Source: an uncultured Chitinophagaceae bacterium (lineage in GTDB: Bacteria; Bacteroidota; Bacteroidia; Chitinophagales; Chitinophagaceae). From it: 64,000 bases of DNA. A model generated the notes under the pieces. It was not told where the DNA came from, ran no database searches, and saw only the letters and a list, made by a program, of their open reading frames with translations. The DNA lies in contig CAXSDW010000003.1 in assembly GCA_964236235.1 (NCBI GenBank), positions 22,100 through 86,099 of the forward strand, in the 5' to 3' direction. Positions 57,201 through 64,000 of this stretch are shown in pieces (within the stretch, counting starts at the first letter, position 1; each line of letters opens with the position of its first letter). A program made the translations under genes and the position numbers.

Positions 57201-58115
57201 TTATCTACTTTGCCTGTTAAAAATAAAGCTCATTTTAATATTAAGGTTAAAATAAGCATCGTTATTTTTTGGATTTCCCCTTATACCATCCGGATGTGCA
57301 GTTACAGCGCCGGGTAAGTGGCGATCGTTTAAAAGAAGTGCATCATTAAGTTTGTTGCCACTTAAATAAACAGGAAAATAACCAGGGTCAATATATTTAC
57401 TGCTCACATCGTCGAGATAGTCGGTCGTTAATAATCTCCAAACAAGTTCCATTCTGAGATTTAAAAAAGAAGTTGCTTCAAATTTTGCCCCAATACCTAT
57501 TGGAAAGTTTACCTGATTAAGAGAATATACTTTTCTGTCAGCGTATTCAGAAAAGCCTTGTCCTTCTGTATGCAAAGGCTGCAGATCAACCCAATTATTA
57601 TTAAATTTTGTTTGCGGATTAAAATGAAAATAACCTATTCCTCCTAAAATATAAGGCTGTATTGCCGATGGGTAATGGTCATCATTAAAATTGCTGAATA
57701 TCATCACCGGGTAAATTTCTGCAGCGAGAATAATTTCGGAAACAGGGCTTCTAAAGCTTAGATTTCTTTCATATCTGCCGTTTGTAGTTGATGCTACACT
57801 TTTAAGCGTGGCATCATCTCCTTTTACTTGCCCAAAAGTTCCTTCTAACCTTAGGCCTGCATAGTATTTATAAATAGCACCTATAAAAAGACTGCTGCTT
57901 ATAGTAGTATTTTTTATAGTAAAATCTTTTACACCGCTTTTCCCTTTTCCTTTTCTTCCCCCAAGATCAGTAAGGCTATTCATAGCGCCTGCCGAGCCGC
58001 CAAATTCCAGCACCAAATTATTATCATAATACCTGTCGTTATAAAAATAGTATTGGGAATGTGCCGAAAAACTTACACCAAACAGGCACAGAAATAAAAA
58101 TCCTTTAAATTTCAT
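57201..58115 (-). CDS. Outer-membrane beta-barrel protein (DUF6089/PorT-like)
   Basis: Signal peptide; TDLGG, RNLSFRS, W.DL.PL.TEGQ, TDYLDDVS, G.RGNP..ND.Y. Confidence 0.75.
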   Translation of the reverse strand: MKFKGFLFLCLFGVSFSAHSQYYFYNDRYYDNNLVLEFGGSAGAMNSLTDLGGRKGKGKSGVKDFTIKNTTISSSLFIGAIYKYYAGLRLEGTFGQVKGDDATLKSVASTTNGRYERNLSFRSPVSEIILAAEIYPVMIFSNFNDDHYPSAIQPYILGGIGYFHFNPQTKFNNNWVDLQPLHTEGQGFSEYADRKVYSLNQVNFPIGIGAKFEATSFLNLRMELVWRLLTTDYLDDVSSKYIDPGYFPVYLSGNKLNDALLLNDRHLPGAVTAHPDGIRGNPKNNDAYFNLNIKMSFIFNRQSR

Positions 58116-58171
58116 GATAAGTTTTAAATCTTTATTGCAGTTAGTTTTTTCGTTATTATTATAGCAAACGT

Positions 58172-58834
58172 TTATTTTCCAGGAAAATTTTGCTTACTCA
58201 CAACATTATTGTAATATTCACATACACTCTTCAATCCGCAAATGTCACATTTTGGTTTCCTGGCAATGCATATATACCGTCCATGCAGTATAAGCCAATG
58301 ATGCGCCTTATATACAATTTGCTTTGGCAAATATTGCGTAAGCTGTCGTTCTGCAGCCAAAGGTGTTTTAGCATTTTTAGTTAAGCCTAATCTTGCTGAA
58401 ACCCTGAATACATGCGTATCTACAGCCATATTTGGCTGGGTATCTATTACAGATGTAATCACATTTGCAGTTTTTCTGCCTACACCAGGTAAAAGAATCA
58501 ATTCATCAACTGTCATAGGTATTTTACCATTATATTTATCCATTACAATCTTAGCCATCCCTATCAGATGCCTGGTCTTGTTATTAGGGTAAGAAATACT
58601 TTTTATCAATTCTAATACGTCAGCAGCGTTAGCCTTACTTAAACTTTCAATACCAGGATATTTTTTAAAAAAAGCAGGAGTCGTTAAGTTTACACGTTTG
58701 TCAGTACATTGAGCGGATAGGATAACAGCTACCAATAATTGATAAGTGTTATCATAAATAAGTTCAGTTTCTGCATCCGGAGAATGTTGTTCAAAATAAT
58801 TGATTACGAATTTATAACGCTCCTCTATTGTCAT
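58172..58834 (-). CDS. nth: Endonuclease III
   Basis: LLVAVILSAQCTDKRVN, LPGVGRKTANV, VDTHV.RV, HGRY.C.ARKPKC..C......C. Confidence 0.97.
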   Translation of the reverse strand: MTIEERYKFVINYFEQHSPDAETELIYDNTYQLLVAVILSAQCTDKRVNLTTPAFFKKYPGIESLSKANAADVLELIKSISYPNNKTRHLIGMAKIVMDKYNGKIPMTVDELILLPGVGRKTANVITSVIDTQPNMAVDTHVFRVSARLGLTKNAKTPLAAERQLTQYLPKQIVYKAHHWLILHGRYICIARKPKCDICGLKSVCEYYNNVVSKQNFPGK

Positions 58835-58893
58835 AAAATAAAAACGTCCCCCCAGTTTGGCAGGACGAAAGTAATTTCAAGTTAAAATAATAT

Positions 58894-59130
58894 TTAATGC
58901 GGATGCAACTGATTCAGTTCTTTTTCTGCATAGGCAAGTATGCTTTTAAGTACCTCTTCCCTTGGCGATATGTTCAAATCCTCAAGTTGTTTTTGCCCCG
59001 TTACCAGTGTTTCAAAAGTTTCACGTAAAAACCAATCAGTTTCCAATGCAGCTTTAATAGCCGCTGTTTTGTTAGGAGAAGTCTCGTTATAGAGATATTG
59101 TAACAGGTCGTCAGAATTAAAAATAGTCAT
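58894..59130 (-). CDS. Conserved 78-aa hypothetical protein resembling an anti-sigma N-terminal helix bundle
   Basis: DLLQYLYNETS....AI..AL..D..L pattern. Confidence 0.55.
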   Translation of the reverse strand: MTIFNSDDLLQYLYNETSPNKTAAIKAALETDWFLRETFETLVTGQKQLEDLNISPREEVLKSILAYAEKELNQLHPH

Positions 59131-59221
59131 AATAAATGTGGTTGTTAAGAAAGTTATCCAAATAAATATCCAGTTCTTTTCAATAACGGCGTAATGTAAT
59201 CAGATATTGTATTAATACTTT

Positions 59222-59533
59222 CTATTGAGTATTTTTACTCGAATTATCTACAATATATAAATCTTCATTATCTTTTTTCATCATATACTTTTCCCTTGCA
59301 TATTTTTCCAAAGTAGAGGGATTTGTTCGTAAGAGTTCCAGTTCTTCTTTTGTATTCGATATCTGTTTATCCATGTCTTTCTCAGCCTGTTGCAATTGCT
59401 TTAATTCATTTATTCTTTTTAATTGTGAAGCAACATCATTGCGATCAAAAAACACCATCCATGCTACAAAAGCACAAGCAGTGATTAAATATTTACTTTT
59501 AAGAATCGAAGCCACTTTTTGTAAAAGTTTCAT
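59222..59533 (-). CDS. FtsB/DivIC septum formation initiator family protein
   Basis: KYL....F..WM.FFD.ND, coiled coil, LEKYAREKYMMKKDNEDLY. Confidence 0.88.
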   Translation of the reverse strand: MKLLQKVASILKSKYLITACAFVAWMVFFDRNDVASQLKRINELKQLQQAEKDMDKQISNTKEELELLRTNPSTLEKYAREKYMMKKDNEDLYIVDNSSKNTQ

Positions 59534-59556
59534 TGCCGAAAAATCTTTGCGTGAAA

Positions 59557-60855
<1,299 letters not shown>

Positions 60856-60875
60856 TTATTTAAGATTTATTTTAA

Positions 60876-61799
60876 TTATGCAGTCAAATCTCTAAACACA
60901 TTCTCAAGACTATAACTTTCATTTTGCAGAGATACGATATTAAGATTATTTTTTAGCGATAATTCCAACAGCTTTTTTCTCACTATTTCCGGATCAGAAG
61001 TTTGCAGCCTAAAAGTTTTTTGTAACACAGGTTCATCTTTCAAATAAATTTCTTCAACATGCCGAACACCTTCAATATTTTCAAATAATTTCTTATCAAT
61101 GTTATCTGCAAATTTTACAATTACCGATGCCTTGTTTTTATTTGTTTGCAGGTTGCTTAAGCTGTCGTCAGCAACAATATTTCCTTTATTAATTATAATA
61201 ACCCTGTTGCAAATAGCTTCTACTTCCTGTAGTATGTGAGATGAAAAGAGAACCGTTTTATTTTTGCCCAACCGTTTTATTAAAGCCCTTATTTCTACAA
61301 TTTGATTTGGATCAAGGCCGCTTGTAGGTTCATCCAGTATTAATACTTCCGGCTCATGAATCAAAGCAGCAGCCAGGCCCACACGTTGCCTGTAGCCTTT
61401 ACTTAACTGTCCTATTTTCTTTTTTGCTTCAGAAAGAAGACCTGTAATTTCAATAACATATTTAATTTTTGCCTGCTTATCTTCTATTTTATGAACACTG
61501 GCAATAAAGGCAAGATATTCCTTTACATACATTTCGGCGTATAAAGGATTCGCTTCAGGCAAGTAGCCGATCCTTTTTTTTGTATCAGTATTATTTATGT
61601 TTACCGGTAATTTATTTACAAATACTTCGCCTTTATCTGCGTCCATAAAGCCGGTAATAATTTTCATGGTAGTAGATTTTCCTGCGCCATTTGGGCCAAG
61701 GAAACCAACTATTTCGTTATCATTTATTGTGAATGAGATATTATCTATGGCTTTCTGTTCGCCATAAATTTTAGTAAGCCCATTAACTTCAATTGACAT
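60876..61799 (-). CDS. gldA: Gliding motility ABC transporter ATPase GldA
   Basis: GFLGPNGAGKSTTMK, LSKGYRQRVGLA, LDEPTSGLDPNQ.VEIR, SLENVFRDLT. Confidence 0.85.
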   Translation of the reverse strand: MSIEVNGLTKIYGEQKAIDNISFTINDNEIVGFLGPNGAGKSTTMKIITGFMDADKGEVFVNKLPVNINNTDTKKRIGYLPEANPLYAEMYVKEYLAFIASVHKIEDKQAKIKYVIEITGLLSEAKKKIGQLSKGYRQRVGLAAALIHEPEVLILDEPTSGLDPNQIVEIRALIKRLGKNKTVLFSSHILQEVEAICNRVIIINKGNIVADDSLSNLQTNKNKASVIVKFADNIDKKLFENIEGVRHVEEIYLKDEPVLQKTFRLQTSDPEIVRKKLLELSLKNNLNIVSLQNESYSLENVFRDLTA

Positions 61800-61876
61800 T
61801 TCACAAATTTAGGTGATTGTTGCCTTTACAAAGAATGGATATTTAGCACCTTCAAGTACATCATTGTTGCTTTACA

Positions 61877-63106
61877 CTAATTTTTCTTTCCTGTTTGAGG
61901 CGGACGGGAAGGCCTTGAAGGAGGTCTTTTTTCCTGTGAAGTTTTATTTTGTTGCGGACCTTTTTTGGGTTGCATTTTTTCCTTTTGATTTCTTTCCCTG
62001 GCTTTCCTTTTTTGTGTATTTTTTTCTAAGGAGCGCAAGCTTATCTGGCCAACAACATCAACAAATTCAGGCTCAACTTCCTTAGGCTTGCCACTTATTA
62101 CTTCTACAGTTTCCAAAGCTTCAGGTTTAATTCCTTCTTTATTTTGATTTTGAATTTTTATTACACCTTCTATTGAAAGCGGGTAATGCTTTGTACTATC
62201 AGGCATAGTATACCACATAAGGTTTCTAAAAATATCTTTCTTTATCAGGAAAGCCCTGCCTTTTGAAACTTCGAGTATATCTGCATTATCAGGAAAATAT
62301 TGCAAGGCGTCAAGGTAAGTATCTAATTCATAATTGAGGCAACATTTTAATCTGCCGCACTGGCCGCTAAGCTTTGTTTGATTGATACTTAAATTCTGGT
62401 ATCGTGCGGCATTTGTATTTACGCTTTTAAAATCTGTTAACCATGTGCTGCAACATAATTCCCTGCCACAGCTTCCTATGCCGCCAACCTTACCAGCTTC
62501 CTGGCGGGCACCTATCTGTTTCATTTCTACTTTAACTTTAAATTCCCGGGCATAAACTTTTATAAGTTCTCTAAAATCAACCCTGTCATCTGCAATGTAA
62601 AAAAATGTTGCTTTTCTGCCATCGGCCTGAATTTCAACTTCGGCCATTTTTAAATCAACTTTTAATTGCCTTGCCATTGCCCGGCTTCTTATCAATACAT
62701 CTTTCTCACGATCTTTATTTTCCTGCCATTTTACAATATCAGATTCAGCCGGGCGCCTTACTATCTTTTTAATATCAAGGCTATCTTCCTTAATTCCATG
62801 TTTTTTTAATTGTAATCTTACAAGTTCGCCTGTCAGGCTTATTGAGCCAATATCAAATCCGGCTACACCTTCTACAACCACCAGCTCTCCTTTCTCAAAA
62901 ATCTGTAATGTATTATTTCTGTAAAAATCTTTACGGCTGCCATGGTTAAACGAAACTTCTATAATCCTGCAACTACTTTCCGGATCACTAAAAGGCAAAT
63001 TTGCAAGCCAATCATGTACATTCAACCTGTTACATCCGCCGGTACTGCAACTTCCATTACTTTTACATCCTCCTGGTTTACCAGTGCCACAACTTCCACA
63101 ACTCAT
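61877..63106 (-). CDS. ricT: PSP1/RicT (YaaT) family protein
   Basis: N-terminal Cys cluster; FFY.ADDRVDFRELIK, GSCGRELCCSTW, LSGQCGRLKCCLNYE. Confidence 0.88.
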   Translation of the reverse strand: MSCGSCGTGKPGGCKSNGSCSTGGCNRLNVHDWLANLPFSDPESSCRIIEVSFNHGSRKDFYRNNTLQIFEKGELVVVEGVAGFDIGSISLTGELVRLQLKKHGIKEDSLDIKKIVRRPAESDIVKWQENKDREKDVLIRSRAMARQLKVDLKMAEVEIQADGRKATFFYIADDRVDFRELIKVYAREFKVKVEMKQIGARQEAGKVGGIGSCGRELCCSTWLTDFKSVNTNAARYQNLSINQTKLSGQCGRLKCCLNYELDTYLDALQYFPDNADILEVSKGRAFLIKKDIFRNLMWYTMPDSTKHYPLSIEGVIKIQNQNKEGIKPEALETVEVISGKPKEVEPEFVDVVGQISLRSLEKNTQKRKARERNQKEKMQPKKGPQQNKTSQEKRPPSRPSRPPQTGKKN

Positions 63107-63384
63107 ATCTGCGATAAATTAAACATTAAAAAAATATTTTACTGTTTTTGCTTAATAGCAAAACAAAAGGAAGGAAATTGTTAGCTGCGTTTAATTATTC
63201 TATAATTGAATAAAATAGATTTTACCACACTATTCAAAACCGAATTGTATGCAGGATAATGCAATTGCTGGTTTAGCAGCTTTATATGATAACTATTGCT
63301 CAATATTGATACAATAAATAGTAAGAAATGTTATTGATAAAAACGGTTTTTCAAAAAATAACGCTAACTCAATTTCTCCTTTCC

Positions 63385-63999
63385 TCAATTAACCAAAATT
63401 AGTGAATTATCCTTAATTATATAATAGAGCCTGATAGTCAATGCATGAAACAACATTTTTGCGTTGGCATTACGTTCAATATACCAGCTTGCTTTATCTA
63501 ACTCACTGATGATGGCTTGCTGTGCTTCAAGGTTACAAAGTTTATTTAAACGTATAGCAAAGTCAACGTCTTTCTCTATTATTTTTTGAGTAAGTTGAGC
63601 ATCATTTCTAATTGGGTTTTCTGTAACCCTTAACCTTACAGCCTGCTGAAGCAGGTGAATAAAATAATGTAAAAATTGTTTTTGCTTTTCACGGCCCAGT
63701 TTACTTGTATCCTCTATCCATTTTACCTGCGCCATGGGACCGGTTTTTACAATTGTATTAAGCCAATCCCTTATCATACTTTGCCAATCTTCTTCAGCAT
63801 CATTGGCAACCAGCAAAGCTTCACGGTAATTGCCTTCACATACAGCGCTTATTTGTTTTGCTTTAGATTCACTTATGCCATTTTTAGTAATTAGTTCCTG
63901 CTCAATTTCATTATTTGATAAACCCGGTATCTTAATAAGTTGGGTTCTGGAAAGAATGGTAGATAATATGGCGCCTTCATCCTGTGCAACAAAAATAAA
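63385..63999 (-). CDS. holB: DNA polymerase III delta' subunit, C-terminal part (5' end outside the window)
   Basis: Frame is open to the window edge: FIFVAQDEGAILSTILSRTQLIKI...; HIERNANAK-like C-terminus (YIERNANAKMLF). Confidence 0.85.
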   Translation of the reverse strand, partial: FIFVAQDEGAILSTILSRTQLIKIPGLSNNEIEQELITKNGISESKAKQISAVCEGNYREALLVANDAEEDWQSMIRDWLNTIVKTGPMAQVKWIEDTSKLGREKQKQFLHYFIHLLQQAVRLRVTENPIRNDAQLTQKIIEKDVDFAIRLNKLCNLEAQQAIISELDKASWYIERNANAKMLFHALTIRLYYIIKDNSLILVN

Positions 64000-64000
64000 T

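Overview
AT-rich Bacteroidota chromosomal segment, most like Chitinophagaceae (gldA, gldH, TAnnTTTG promoters, no obvious Shine-Dalgarno motifs). Most of it is housekeeping: lpxD, pheS, mutL, acs, queA, tatC, prfA, recO, serC, korA, nth, eno, holB and a TetR-TolC-MFP-RND operon. I saw no rRNA, tRNA, CRISPR array, transposase or prophage. Four features stand out. (1) A 580-bp intergenic region at 4.17-4.75 kb carries DnaA boxes and looks like oriC. (2) A ~12.7-kb stress/NHEJ island (27.5-40.2 kb: Ku, LigD, YtxH/holin-like trio, yciF remnant, SemiSWEET, Fet4-like, small membrane proteins, YihY) encodes its own NtrB-like kinase, receiver protein and sigma54 activator. Its transcription units share GGYA-N6-TT (-24/-12-like) elements and 16-bp upstream palindromes. 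(3) The LigD phosphoesterase and ligase-polymerase ORFs are joined in the -1 frame across an A9 run, a candidate recoding site. (4) A candidate ~80-nt sigma54-type sRNA lies between prfA and tatC; its core recurs inside the island and is complementary to the leader of an outer-membrane protein gene. All calls come from reading the sequence and ORF track only; no database searches or genome-wide computations were run.
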